The notes below the pieces were generated by a model. It was given only the letters and a program-made list of their open reading frames with translations, was not told the origin of the DNA and did not search any database. A stretch of DNA of 64,000 bases from a virus: the IMG/VR virus record IMGVR_UViG_3300021083_000196, positions 3,377 through 67,376 of that record; one strand, given 5' to 3'. Positions 1 to 10,136 of the stretch are shown here, in pieces. Both the position numbers and the translations under genes were made by a program. The stretch's first letter is position 1, and the number at the start of each line of letters is the position of its first letter.

Positions 1-384
1 ATGTCGAAATAGTGCCTTAAGGCATGTTGATTCGGCGATATATATGCGACCCTTTTCCCCTCTGAAGATTCGGCCAACGCGCGACATATTTTTCTAAACG
101 ATTCTCCGTTCCTTCTGCTCATGCTCGTAATCCCGACCATATGCAGGAGATAATCCAAAGCGATAGAACAACCGTGAGTATGGCTTCTTTTGTCATTATA
201 AAACCTTATAAAATTATAAGACTGAGGTCAACGAATTACTTGCCTGTTTTGCAAGATATTTTATAGGACTCGATGATGGCCTTTATAGCCACTTGGCAGG
301 CCTTCGGGACTCGCATGACAACGCTATCCCCATATGGCTCCTCGGGGCGGCCTGCGTGCTTGCGTTTACCGCCGTGTTTCTTCT

Positions 385-663
385 TCATAGTTCACCTTTC
401 TTTGGGGCCAGAACGTATTGGCCATTCTCGCGTATGTAATGAAATCCTTCTGCTTTTATCTCCAACAATTCGGATGCCCTGTAAACGAATTCCAGCCAGT
501 CGTCCTCATCGGCGACACCTTCGTTTGGTATATCGTGTTTGTCCATGATTTTGCAACAGTGATTGATCAGCCCTTCATCGTCTTCCGGATCACCATTCCA
601 TGCTGATATGTTGAACAGCTCATCACATTTATGACGGTAGAAGTTTTGTTTCTCCGTTCTCAT
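385..663 (-). CDS. hypothetical phage protein
   Basis: 92-aa ORF in a tightly packed minus-strand run; overlaps the stop of the upstream ORF. Confidence 0.6.
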   Translation of the reverse strand: MRTEKQNFYRHKCDELFNISAWNGDPEDDEGLINHCCKIMDKHDIPNEGVADEDDWLEFVYRASELLEIKAEGFHYIRENGQYVLAPKKGEL

Positions 664-929
664 AGCGAAGCCTCATATTCCGCTATTGCGTCTTCGGCCA
701 CTCTATCATCCTTTGTCAATACACCGTCTTTTTTAGAAAACGATACGCCAATAGGGTAATGGTTGATGTGGTAAATCCATTCTGCTGGGTATTCATAGCC
801 GATGGCATGGTGAGGCGTAACGCCAATATTTGATTTGGCCTGCTTGGCAGCTTTCGCCGCTTCTGTGTTGTGAGCATATCCAAACGAGCCTTTTCCGTCT
901 GTAACTATAACGAGTGTTTCGCGTGTCAT
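660..929 (-). CDS. hypothetical phage protein
   Basis: Likely start MTRETLV after an AGGGGAG SD-like motif. Confidence 0.6.
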   Translation of the reverse strand: MTRETLVIVTDGKGSFGYAHNTEAAKAAKQAKSNIGVTPHHAIGYEYPAEWIYHINHYPIGVSFSKKDGVLTKDDRVAEDAIAEYEASL

Positions 930-931
930 GA

Positions 932-1648
932 TTATTTCTCCCCTTTCATTAATCTCGTTGGCCACTGGAAGAACAGTTTTCCGAGGCATGACCGGTTGAT
1001 AATCCGTTTTGTTTCCCACTTCTGAACGGTGCCGTCCTTTTTGGTGACTGATAACAGCGAGTGGGTCCAGACTCCCTGCATGGGAGACAGATCAGCGCCT
1101 TTATGTGGCCCGACCTTATCAACCAGCTTATAAACGAAGGATTCGAAGTCCAGCGCGGCTTCTTCCTGCGCCCTAACGACGTATTGCGCGATCTTGTCAG
1201 CGTCTATTTTGACCATGCGCTTCTCGGAGTCGTCACGATAATATTTTTGTGTGTCGATATCGGATGATACCTTGTGGACCTCTCCCCTCCAATTGCAGGC
1301 TGCTTCGTAAGCCTTTTTCTCGTCGTGCGTTTTGGCTTTAAACCAGTCAGGGCGCTTGGCGATGGCGTTGATGTCAAAAGTTTCCTTGAACTTGCCGCCG
1401 ATGGTCTCGATCTTATCCATGATCGCCTTGATCTCGGCGAGGGCTTCGGTCTTAGCCTCCTTCATCGCATCTACCCGCAGCGGCTCTACGGCGATAGCGA
1501 CTGGTGTGGAGAATACAGCTTGGCGGCGGTCCTCTTTTGCCTTTTCCTTTGCCGCAATTTTTTCTGTAATCTGGCGAGCCTTTGCAGCTTTTTTTGTTTC
1601 TTTCTTTTCCATTTTTTCCTCTGTTGACTGGTGCACGGTGTCGATCAC
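932..1648 (-). CDS. hypothetical phage protein
   Basis: 238-aa Lys/Ala-rich ORF; start uncertain. Confidence 0.7.
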   Translation of the reverse strand: MIDTVHQSTEEKMEKKETKKAAKARQITEKIAAKEKAKEDRRQAVFSTPVAIAVEPLRVDAMKEAKTEALAEIKAIMDKIETIGGKFKETFDINAIAKRPDWFKAKTHDEKKAYEAACNWRGEVHKVSSDIDTQKYYRDDSEKRMVKIDADKIAQYVVRAQEEAALDFESFVYKLVDKVGPHKGADLSPMQGVWTHSLLSVTKKDGTVQKWETKRIINRSCLGKLFFQWPTRLMKGEK

Positions 1649-1731
1649 CGAGCTTATAAATTAATTATAAGCTATTAATGTTACTTTTATCAAAATAATA
1701 CTGGGTAACTTTATTGCTAATTTAAGTTACA

Positions 1732-2064
1732 TTATTTCTTAAAAAGAAATTGTGCCTTTATTGTGCTTTTCCCTTGAATATCAACATCGTAGACAACAAC
1801 TTCATATAAATTTAGTTTTTCCCAGTCAAAAACTGGGTTAAATTTCTTAAAACTAATGCACCGCCGCGAGTTCCATCCCTTGTATTTTACCGGCGAGCAC
1901 ATCCACTGCAGATTTATCTTCACGTTATCGATTCGGCGGTACATGACTCCCGCACGATCTTCAAACATAGGTTCGCTCAGTTTATATCTACTGCTGCACC
2001 CATGCGGCATGAATCCACAGAAATGCTTGCCATCAGATTTCCTTCTTATTTGATATAGGCGCAT
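1732..2064 (-). CDS. hypothetical phage protein
   Basis: 110-aa ORF in operon-like packing. Confidence 0.6.
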   Translation of the reverse strand: MRLYQIRRKSDGKHFCGFMPHGCSSRYKLSEPMFEDRAGVMYRRIDNVKINLQWMCSPVKYKGWNSRRCISFKKFNPVFDWEKLNLYEVVVYDVDIQGKSTIKAQFLFKK

Positions 2065-2066
2065 TT

Positions 2067-2240
2067 TTATGTTCCGCTCAAATAAATCTGCGGCCCCTTA
2101 TAATCATCAATCATTTTGTTGATATCATCGATGGCGTTGCAATGCGTGCAGGACCTGCGCTCGCGCGGCAGGCACTGGCCGTGCGTCATCCGCGAATTAA
2201 GAAGAAGGGCCATGATCTTGTGGTATTTATCTTCACTCAT
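2067..2240 (-). CDS. small Cys-containing hypothetical protein
   Basis: MSEDKY start after GAGGGG SD; CxxC motif. Confidence 0.5.
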   Translation of the reverse strand: MSEDKYHKIMALLLNSRMTHGQCLPRERRSCTHCNAIDDINKMIDDYKGPQIYLSGT

Positions 2241-2241
2241 C

Positions 2242-2694
2242 TTATTTCCCCTCCGTGGCGAGTGCTTTAATTTCTTTGATTGCTGCACCAGCTATGTTGC
2301 CAGCAGTACCCATTGATCTATGGTTTATTTTATTGAGTGCATTTATTGCTATCTCCAAAGCCTTCGCATTATCCCCCTGCGCTGGCTGTTGGGCTGCGCG
2401 GATGAGAATGTCTATTTCAGATGAATAGTGATGTAGTGGGGTATGTGCTGAACCGTTAAGACCTTTCTCTAAATCTTCAATAGCATCTGAAACATCATGC
2501 GCTGGCGGCGGGGTTGGGCGGTTGTTCCAGTCTTTGATCGCCATATCCTCGCTCTCATAGGAATAGCACATAGCACTGCATGGGCGACAATTTACTGTAT
2601 ACATAGGTTTCCCCATGTCCCAATAATCTGTTTGCGCTTCACCACCACAAAACGGACAATTCAGCAAAGATTTTTCATTGTGGGTGGTGGTCAT
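2242..2694 (-). CDS. Lar-family (restriction alleviation-like) Zn-finger protein
   Basis: LLNCPFCGGEA...CRPCSA...AIKDWNNR pattern typical of Lar-like domains. Confidence 0.65.
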   Translation of the reverse strand: MTTTHNEKSLLNCPFCGGEAQTDYWDMGKPMYTVNCRPCSAMCYSYESEDMAIKDWNNRPTPPPAHDVSDAIEDLEKGLNGSAHTPLHHYSSEIDILIRAAQQPAQGDNAKALEIAINALNKINHRSMGTAGNIAGAAIKEIKALATEGK

Positions 2695-3044
2695 GAGCCT
2701 ACCCTTTCGTCTGTATCTGACCATATAAATTCATCAAGAGGAAAATGAGCCTTACACTTCGAACCAGTGCAGAAAGTGCCAGAATAGAACTTTGGATCAC
2801 GAGCGTAAGTTTCAGCAATAGCATGACCCATTCTTGTCTCAACCCCGCATCCGCGCCCAGTCAGTTTTGATTCTGTACCGCCGATGCCAACGTGGATATA
2901 TTTGTATCTTAACGGCCTAACATGCCCCTTCGCACGTTCCTCGGCACTTAGAACTACATAGTTTTTCTGTTGACCATCTGGGCGCAATTCTCGGTGGTCT
3001 GGCGTGACAGGACTTCCATCTTGTAGGGTGATTTTATCGGTCAT
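2691..3044 (-). CDS. hypothetical Zn-ribbon protein
   Basis: CG.ETRM...AETYARDPKFYSGTFC...C motif. Confidence 0.7.
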   Translation of the reverse strand: MTDKITLQDGSPVTPDHRELRPDGQQKNYVVLSAEERAKGHVRPLRYKYIHVGIGGTESKLTGRGCGVETRMGHAIAETYARDPKFYSGTFCTGSKCKAHFPLDEFIWSDTDERVGS

Positions 3045-3046
3045 GT

Positions 3047-3292
3047 TTATTCCTTTATATGAAAGTTTCCGTGTTTCAGTGCCATTCTCTTTGCTGCTGC
3101 ACCGTCAAGCAGGCTGATTTCAAGTCCAGAAGAACTCTCATGAGCGACAACCGCGCCGTTAATTTCTGCAATCTTCTGAATGTCATCTGCCGTGATAATA
3201 ACTTTTTCAATGCCGTGTTTTTTCATGATGATGGCAACAACCTTGTGCCATTGGTCATCCATCATTCCTACAACTTGTTTTCCTGTGATCAT
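3047..3292 (-). CDS. hypothetical phage protein
   Basis: 81-aa ORF with GGAGG SD. Confidence 0.6.
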   Translation of the reverse strand: MITGKQVVGMMDDQWHKVVAIIMKKHGIEKVIITADDIQKIAEINGAVVAHESSSGLEISLLDGAAAKRMALKHGNFHIKE

Positions 3293-3475
3293 CTCATTTT
3301 CCTCCGTGATTGGGTTGGTTTATGGTTTTTTCAAGTAAATTAACAGCCTGACAACCAAGACATGGGATATCCTCCTTGCCGCATTCGCACAATGCGCCCA
3401 TACCATGTTGGCGAATAAACTTTATTGCCCATTTTGAGTCTTTCATTTCAATACTTTCTTTTTTCTCATCGTCGG

Positions 3476-3979
3476 TCATGTTTTCACCCGCTTCGGAAGC
3501 GGATAATATTCGTCCCTGATGTCGCCGATCTTCTTGAACATCTGGTCCGAACATTCGATTTCAAGGCCGATGAGTTCGAGGCAGGCATCAGTGGTCAGTG
3601 GGCAGCATCCTTTCTCACCGGCCATGATGTACTCCATCGGGTTATCGAATACGCGCAGCGGTTTGCGGAACGTCCGCGCCTCATAAACGTTCGTCATCCC
3701 CAGTATCGAATCATCACAGACCCGCAGATACCATTTCTTAGGCTTCTGGGGTTCCCATGCTACGACATTGAAGACTTCACCATTGTATGTCACCGGATAG
3801 AGCATGACATCGAAGTTCCCATCTTCTGGAGTGAAGACTCCGCAGCCATTGAAGCCCCCGACGAGGGACACACTGGCAGCCGCTGCCTTGTGGATCACAC
3901 TCGCCGGTGCGTTTTTCTTCTCAAGATACGCCTTGGCGCGATCCTTGGGATATAGAAGATACTCATCGCTGAGGTGCAT
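3476..3979 (-). CDS. hypothetical phage protein
   Basis: Likely start MHLSDEY after GAGGAG SD. Confidence 0.6.
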   Translation of the reverse strand: MHLSDEYLLYPKDRAKAYLEKKNAPASVIHKAAAASVSLVGGFNGCGVFTPEDGNFDVMLYPVTYNGEVFNVVAWEPQKPKKWYLRVCDDSILGMTNVYEARTFRKPLRVFDNPMEYIMAGEKGCCPLTTDACLELIGLEIECSDQMFKKIGDIRDEYYPLPKRVKT

Positions 3980-4251
3980 CAGGTCAAGCTCCTCATATGG
4001 CGGAGTGTGACCTCGGTGAGCAGCTTGCCATCCCTGAATACGGGTTTCAAATCGCTCTCCACATCGATATGGCATTGCTGATCCATTAGTTTACCCTCAC
4101 GGACACAGAGCAGGCCCTTGGCCGACTTCTTGGTTCCGCTATCTGTCAGCGGATCCTTGCAGATTCCTCGCCTACGCACCTCTCCATCGCGGCTTCTGAA
4201 TGTGGCGAAAGAATGATAAGGACCATGTTTTTTGCATTTTGAACAGCGCAT
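3979..4251 (-). pseudogene. chimeric remnant: Zn-finger N-terminus fused to a NAMPT-like C-terminal fragment
   Basis: CSKC...GICK joined to KDPLTDSGTKKSAKGLL...DQQ...VFRDGKL, which resembles the NAMPT C-terminus. Confidence 0.55.
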
Positions 4252-5387
4252 TAGGCAGGCTCCACCATTATCACTTGTTTTTTCCCGCGAGTTAATGCGG
4301 TATACACCCATCTCCTACGCTCGGTCATATCACCACCTATGGGCTGATGATACACCAGAACATTATTGAACTCTGACCCCTGAGATTTGTGACAGGTGAT
4401 CGCATAGGCGTAATCAAAACGCTCAAGCTCTCTTATCGCTTTATTATATCCATCATAGTTTGATGATTCACCGCAGACATCTCCACGCCACACCGAAAGG
4501 TCGGTATAATCATCAAAATCAAGTTTGTAGAGAAGGCCGTTTTCTTCGCACATATTCTTGGCATATCCGATCATGCCATTGAATAGACCGGCCTCGTGAT
4601 TGTTTTTGAGACATATCATCTTGTCGCCCGTGACTGGGAACTTGGAAATAAACTGGTTAATCTTCCTGAATTTCGCGTTCCATGCCTGTCTGGTATTATT
4701 GCGTCCGACGATAATCTGGTCGGCAGCCGTATAAAGATCGGGTGCCGTCTGTCTCTGGCGCATGTATTTGAGATCGCCATGATCGCCGAAGGTAATACTG
4801 CCACCCTCGCGAACGATCTTGGAAAATCTGATGATCGAGCTTTCAAGAGCTTGACGGTGGATTTCCTCGATAAAGAAATCAGGTTTCAGGGTACATTCCC
4901 CACTGACTGGTGGGAGTTGGAACGGATCGCCGAGATATAAAATCTTTTTGCCATCGCGCTCGATATCTTCGATCAGCTTTTCACCAAGCATAGAATATTC
5001 ATCAACGATGATGAGGTCAGCCTCAAGCCACTCAAGTTTAGGTGAATATCCAAATCTCAAGGCTTTGGGGTCAGTATCTTCTTCCGGTTCTTCCTCATCG
5101 TCAAACGGACCCCAGCCATCCTCCTTTATTTTTTTATTGCGTTTCTTCAGCACGTACAAAAACCCGTGAATAGTGCCCGTGCCTTCGCATCCTTTTTCAC
5201 GCAGCACGTTCGCCGCCTTTCCGGTATAGGCGCAGAAAACAGTATTGCCGATGGCTTTGGCGATAACCTGCGCCAATGTCGTCTTACCGGAACCCGCATA
5301 TCCGGCGAGCACGAACCGCTTCTGGCCCGTCTTGTGCCAAGCCATAATTTTATCAAAGGCTTGCTGCTGTTGAGGGCTTAAATTCAT
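4251..5387 (-). CDS. Dda/RecD2-like SF1B helicase
   Basis: GYAGSGKT, AYTGKAA, IIVDEYSM, GDPFQLPPV, YAITCHKSQGSEF, YTALTR motifs. Confidence 0.92.
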   Translation of the reverse strand: MNLSPQQQQAFDKIMAWHKTGQKRFVLAGYAGSGKTTLAQVIAKAIGNTVFCAYTGKAANVLREKGCEGTGTIHGFLYVLKKRNKKIKEDGWGPFDDEEEPEEDTDPKALRFGYSPKLEWLEADLIIVDEYSMLGEKLIEDIERDGKKILYLGDPFQLPPVSGECTLKPDFFIEEIHRQALESSIIRFSKIVREGGSITFGDHGDLKYMRQRQTAPDLYTAADQIIVGRNNTRQAWNAKFRKINQFISKFPVTGDKMICLKNNHEAGLFNGMIGYAKNMCEENGLLYKLDFDDYTDLSVWRGDVCGESSNYDGYNKAIRELERFDYAYAITCHKSQGSEFNNVLVYHQPIGGDMTERRRWVYTALTRGKKQVIMVEPA

Positions 5388-5389
5388 CT

Positions 5390-5602
5390 CTATTCGGCCC
5401 CCATGTCGCGAAGCTCTTTCTTGAAATCGATAATAAGCTGTTTAATAAACGCCTCAGCCTTATCTTGTGGAATGTCTACGCTATACCCCCCATATTTAAT
5501 CGACGTATCCTGATGCACAGACATTGGAGGATTAGAGCATTTATATAATCCCTCTAATGTTTTAATGATTTCTGCCGCTTTTTTTATGTTATCGATTTTC
5601 AT
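5390..5602 (-). CDS. hypothetical protein
   Basis: 70-aa ORF coupled to both neighbours. Confidence 0.55.
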   Translation of the reverse strand: MKIDNIKKAAEIIKTLEGLYKCSNPPMSVHQDTSIKYGGYSVDIPQDKAEAFIKQLIIDFKKELRDMGAE

Positions 5603-7050
5603 TCATGGTCTCCTAATTGCATTTGTTTCTCTTTACGTTCCCAGACCCGTTTTGTTCCCTCACGAACAGAAATAAATCCATTCATTTTCAGGATATCTGC
5701 GATCGCCATTTCATCGCCGCGCTTGATTCGCTCAAGAGGTTTCTCGATTTTCTTTAGTAAAATCTCGTTGCATGTCACGGTATGCCGCCCGATGCAATAT
5801 TCCAGAACTGCCTCTTCCCATGGATGGCTGACCATGCGTTTGCGCTGGACTTCCTTGGTTAAATTGACGAGTTCGTCGTCATCTGAAATCCACCATCTAT
5901 ATCCGTGTTGATAGAGATAAACGGCTTCGGCCCAGAGCTGCTCCTTGTCGGCGTCCAAGGCGTTGAGATCGAGAGCGGGTCCGCACCGCACTGGCCAAAA
6001 ACGCTTATTTCCGGTCGCATCCTTGAGGTACTCGCTGTTATTCGTGGATCCGGCGAGCACGAATTGGCGTGGATAAACCACGGGTTCGCGACCGTATGGT
6101 TTGCGGCCCCTATCCTCTTGTATGGTAATCCATTGTTTGACATCCTCGACTTCACGGTTCTGGAGGGACGATAACTCAGGGAACTCGATGATCATGCTGC
6201 CCTGAATGTTTTGCATGGTATCCTTATCCCCGATCTTCGCGAACGTCATGCCGTCATAAAAATATTCTTCTCCATGAAAAGTGGCCAGACGGCGGAGTGC
6301 CGCCGATTTTCCGATATCAGTCCCCCCCTCAAGGACGAGCATGTGGTCGAATTTGCAGCCGGGCTGATAGATGCGTGCCACTGCGGCGACCATCCACTTC
6401 ATACCGATCTCGGCGAGATATTTCTCGGGTTCCGATGTGGCTCCTAAATAGTAGGTGAGCCATCTCTTGAGACGCTCCTCCCTGTCCCATTTCAGCCCAT
6501 TGAAATAGCGTTGGACCGGATGAAAACTGCGGTCATGGCATATCGCCTCGATGGCACTGACAGCCCTGTCCTTGGTCGGTGCGAGGCCCAACTTCTCCAG
6601 CTCCATGCATACCCGTGCGTAGTCGTCATCGCGGATATCGCGGGGTTTAAATTTGTTCGGCTTCTCCCATGGCGGACACCTGACGACCATCTTGCGGCGA
6701 CTGAATTCGTTGAGGATAAAAATGCCGCGTGTCGTCTCGCTGTATCTGGAAAATAGGTAAATGTTTTGCTGCGATTTCTTCTCCGGTAAAAAGAACTCTT
6801 CCTTGGTGTCTTTCTTGGTGTGTTTAACCATAATCAAATCTTTGCGCCACGCATTTTCATCGACTTCGTTGGGCAACAGATCGGGGGGCACGAGTTCAAG
6901 ATAGGCCCTTTGCTCGGCCAAAAACTCTTCCTCGGAAATAGGTGGCGCGTCCGGATGTTGATCGTAAGGGTTATCGCCTGACGTTCCGGACGCGCCGGTG
7001 CACGCCGAAGCGGCACCATCGTGATTATTCATATCATTATCTTCGGACAT
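5599..7050 (-). CDS. VapE/VirE-family P-loop ATPase (primase-associated helicase)
   Basis: FHPV.RY, PGCKFDHMLVLEG...GKS, RKPYGR...PRQFVLAGSTN...YLKDATGNKRFWPV. Confidence 0.9.
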   Translation of the reverse strand: MSEDNDMNNHDGAASACTGASGTSGDNPYDQHPDAPPISEEEFLAEQRAYLELVPPDLLPNEVDENAWRKDLIMVKHTKKDTKEEFFLPEKKSQQNIYLFSRYSETTRGIFILNEFSRRKMVVRCPPWEKPNKFKPRDIRDDDYARVCMELEKLGLAPTKDRAVSAIEAICHDRSFHPVQRYFNGLKWDREERLKRWLTYYLGATSEPEKYLAEIGMKWMVAAVARIYQPGCKFDHMLVLEGGTDIGKSAALRRLATFHGEEYFYDGMTFAKIGDKDTMQNIQGSMIIEFPELSSLQNREVEDVKQWITIQEDRGRKPYGREPVVYPRQFVLAGSTNNSEYLKDATGNKRFWPVRCGPALDLNALDADKEQLWAEAVYLYQHGYRWWISDDDELVNLTKEVQRKRMVSHPWEEAVLEYCIGRHTVTCNEILLKKIEKPLERIKRGDEMAIADILKMNGFISVREGTKRVWERKEKQMQLGDHE

Positions 7051-7159
7051 TACAACCCTTAATTTTTCTTTGTGCGGGCGCACCGGCGACGATCAACGTG
7101 ATTAACTCTAAATTAATTTTGACTTAGGTCAAGAGTAAGAAAGTTTCAAAATTGCCACT

Positions 7160-7445
7160 GGAAAACCAACCTCACTTTGAGGTTGACATGGGGGGGTCGT
7201 CATTCTTTTCCCCATTAATTCAATGAAGTTAACCAACCTAACCAACCTTTATTAGATAAATAAAGTATAATGAATATATTATATATAGGATAGGATATAT
7301 GTACGCGCGCGCGAGGGTGCCAATATTCTCTTAGGGGTCACAACTTTTTTCGTTTTAGGTTGGCTGGGTTGGTTAACTATTTGTTAACAATAATAAATAT
7401 AACGTCAACACCCCCCTTTTGGGGTTGGTTGGAGGTTGACAATAA
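7160..7445. repeat. non-coding repeat-rich region, putative replication origin or packaging site
   Basis: 22-bp imperfect inverted repeat (7228-7248 / 7357-7378), multiple CCAACC/GGTTGG, two GAGGTTGACA, AT-rich core; lies between the divergent VapE and terS genes. Confidence 0.55.
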
Positions 7446-7528
7446 CATAATAATAAATAAATAGTTCCCTACCCATTGTTAAACGTGAAACATTTGACGA
7501 CCATCAAAAAACATCATAAGCTTAATTT

Positions 7529-7948
7529 ATGGAAGAAGAACCACATAAGGTAGGCCAAAGCGTTCCAGCCGAGATTGACTACAGCAATCCTCGTTCCTAT
7601 GGGGCAGGGCGCAAGGCAGGGACCCCTAATAGAACGAGTGCCGATGCTCGGGCAGCCATCTCCCTCTACGTTGAAAGCAACATGTGGAGGCTACAGGAAT
7701 GGCTGGATATGATTGCTCACGGATACGAGATTACGGAAACGGATGCCGAGGGCAATACTGTAAAGAAGCGCATCACCCCGAACCCCGCGAAAGCCTACGA
7801 GCTATTCATGTCCGTCATCGAATACCATGTCCCGAAGCTCACCCGCTCCGAGTCCAAGGTGACGATCAACAACAACGAAGACTACACGCTGAAAGCCACA
7901 ACTGCTGAGGATGCGGCTCGGGAATACAACGAACTTATAAACGGATAA
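7529..7948 (+). CDS. terS: terminase small subunit (putative)
   Basis: GRKAGTPN motif and EYHVPKLTRSE; upstream of terL. Confidence 0.7.
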   Translation: MEEEPHKVGQSVPAEIDYSNPRSYGAGRKAGTPNRTSADARAAISLYVESNMWRLQEWLDMIAHGYEITETDAEGNTVKKRITPNPAKAYELFMSVIEYHVPKLTRSESKVTINNNEDYTLKATTAEDAAREYNELING

Positions 7949-7951
7949 TCT

Positions 7952-8509
7952 ATGAATTCTGATAAAAGGAAAAAACAGAAAAAAGAATATCGAGAAAAGA
8001 ACAAGGACAAATGCAAACTTGCTATCAAAAAATGGCATGAAAAAAACAAAGAGAAATTCAAGGAATATCAGAGCCAATGGCGAAAAGAGAATGTGGGACA
8101 TATAAAAGAAAAATCACACTCTGATTACATAAAAAATAAAGATAGAATAATAGAGCGCCATAAGAAAAATGAATTGAACAACAAAGAGAAATACGCCGCA
8201 CTACGGGCTGAATGGGCAAAAAGAAACCGGGATAAGGTTAGAGTTACTCGCAATAATAGAAAAAAATCTATTGGAAAATTCGGAACAAGCGATATTAAGA
8301 GATTGAAAACATCTCAAAATGATAAATGCGCTGCTTGTTTATGCTGTATAAAAGAATCTTACCATATCGATCATATTATTCCGCTTTCGAAAGGCGGGAG
8401 TAACTGGCCTGACAATATTCAATTACTTTGCCCACTATGTAATCGCAGAAAGGCTGCAAAAATGCCAGAAGTTTGGGCAGCGGAAATTCGAAATGATTTG
8501 GAATCCTGA
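7952..8509 (+). CDS. HNH homing endonuclease
   Basis: CAAC...YHIDHIIPLSKGGSNWPDNIQLLCPLCNRRK; AT-rich. Confidence 0.9.
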   Translation: MNSDKRKKQKKEYREKNKDKCKLAIKKWHEKNKEKFKEYQSQWRKENVGHIKEKSHSDYIKNKDRIIERHKKNELNNKEKYAALRAEWAKRNRDKVRVTRNNRKKSIGKFGTSDIKRLKTSQNDKCAACLCCIKESYHIDHIIPLSKGGSNWPDNIQLLCPLCNRRKAAKMPEVWAAEIRNDLES

Positions 8510-10097
8510 TTATTTTGAAATATATAAGCTTAGGGTAAAGCTAATAAACATTGCTAGAGACCCAATAAAAGCCGCAAAACTCAAGGAATATTATCGACAT
8601 AATCCTGTGGAATTTATAAACACATGGGTGACCACTTATGATCCCCGCAATGCCCTGATGTCATATATGCCGTTCGCGCTGTTCCAGAAACAGGTCGATT
8701 TCATCGATTTCCTGCAGAGCTGCCTGAACGACAAGCAGGCCGGTCTTGTGGAGAAGTCGCGGGATGTCGGCGCGAGCTGGCTGTGTTGTGCCTTCGCGGT
8801 CTGGATGCTGCTGTTCCGTCCGGGCACTTCAGTTGGCTTCGGTTCACGGGTTGTGGATGACGTGGATAAGATCGGCAAACCGGACTCGCTGTTCCAGAAG
8901 ATGCGGATCATCCTGAAGAACTTGCCGCCGTTCCTGCTACCGGCGAAGAAGATCGATGACGGCTACATGAAGATCATCAACCCGTCGAACAACTCCGTGA
9001 TCACCGGTGGATCCGGCGACAACATCGGGCGCGGTGGCCGTTCCACAATTTTCTTCAAAGACGAATCGGCGCACTACGAACATCCCGAACTTATCGAGGC
9101 CGCGCTGTCCGCGAATACCGATGTCCAGATCGATATCAGCTCGGTGAACGGGACCAATAACGTTTTCTATAACAGGCGCATGGCCGGTATAGTCTGGTCC
9201 CGCGATGCAGAGATACCATTGGGGAAAACCCGCGTATTCATTTTCGACTGGCGCGACAACCCGCTCAAAACTCAGGCTTGGTATGACGAGAAGCGCAAGA
9301 AGTGGGAAGACGACGGCCTGCTCCACATCTTCGCACAGGAAGTTGACCGCGACTACGCCTCATCGGTCGCCGGTGTGATCATCCCCAACGCGTGGGTCAA
9401 GGCGGCCATTGATGCCCACGTCAAGCTGAAGATCAAGGAGGACGGTATCCGCATGGCCGGTCTTGACGTCGCCGACGACAGCATCGATCGCGACAAGAAC
9501 GCAATCTCAGTTCGTTTCGGTATTGTTCTAAAACATTGCAGCTCATGGGGCGGTGTCGATACCGGCGTCACTGCCCGCAATGCGCTGCTGGTCTGCAAAG
9601 AACATGGCGTCACCCTGATGAACTACGACTGCATCGGCGTCGGGGCCGGTGTGAAGGGCGAAACGAATCGCCTCATCGAAGAAGCCAAAGCCGCAGGCAC
9701 TCCACTCACCATCGATATCGAGCCGATAAACGTCGGCCTGCCGCCGGACGGTCCCGAACAACGCCTGATCCCAGGCGATCACCAATCACCGAAGAACGAA
9801 GACTTCTTCGAGAACCTCAAGGCGCAGGCATGGTGGGCATTGCGGACCCGCTTCGAGAAGACGTACAAAACGATCACGCAAGATATTATATTCCCGCACG
9901 AAGACCTGATCAGCATCGACTCGACGATCCCGACGCTTCACGAACTCACCCTTGAGTTATCGCAACCGACGCGCAAGGCCAGCGGTAAAGGTAAACTTAT
10001 GGTTGATAAAAAACCACAGAGCGGAAAGTCCCCGAACTTAGCCGACTCGGTCATGCTCTGTTATATCCAAAAAGTGAGCCGTGGTTGGTTCTCTTAA
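8493..10097 (+). CDS. terL: terminase large subunit
   Basis: EKSRDVGASW (Walker A), GRGGR...FKDESA (Walker B), GLDVAD nuclease motif, KSPNLADS. Confidence 0.93.
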   Translation: MIWNPDYFEIYKLRVKLINIARDPIKAAKLKEYYRHNPVEFINTWVTTYDPRNALMSYMPFALFQKQVDFIDFLQSCLNDKQAGLVEKSRDVGASWLCCAFAVWMLLFRPGTSVGFGSRVVDDVDKIGKPDSLFQKMRIILKNLPPFLLPAKKIDDGYMKIINPSNNSVITGGSGDNIGRGGRSTIFFKDESAHYEHPELIEAALSANTDVQIDISSVNGTNNVFYNRRMAGIVWSRDAEIPLGKTRVFIFDWRDNPLKTQAWYDEKRKKWEDDGLLHIFAQEVDRDYASSVAGVIIPNAWVKAAIDAHVKLKIKEDGIRMAGLDVADDSIDRDKNAISVRFGIVLKHCSSWGGVDTGVTARNALLVCKEHGVTLMNYDCIGVGAGVKGETNRLIEEAKAAGTPLTIDIEPINVGLPPDGPEQRLIPGDHQSPKNEDFFENLKAQAWWALRTRFEKTYKTITQDIIFPHEDLISIDSTIPTLHELTLELSQPTRKASGKGKLMVDKKPQSGKSPNLADSVMLCYIQKVSRGWFS

Positions 10098-10136
10098 ATA
10101 AATTGACCGAATTGTGTTTAGTGATAAACTTCGATC

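Noticed and set aside
8493-10097. Intron or intein in terL associated with the flanking HNH genes
   Set aside because: The ORF is continuous and of normal length; the endonucleases are free-standing.
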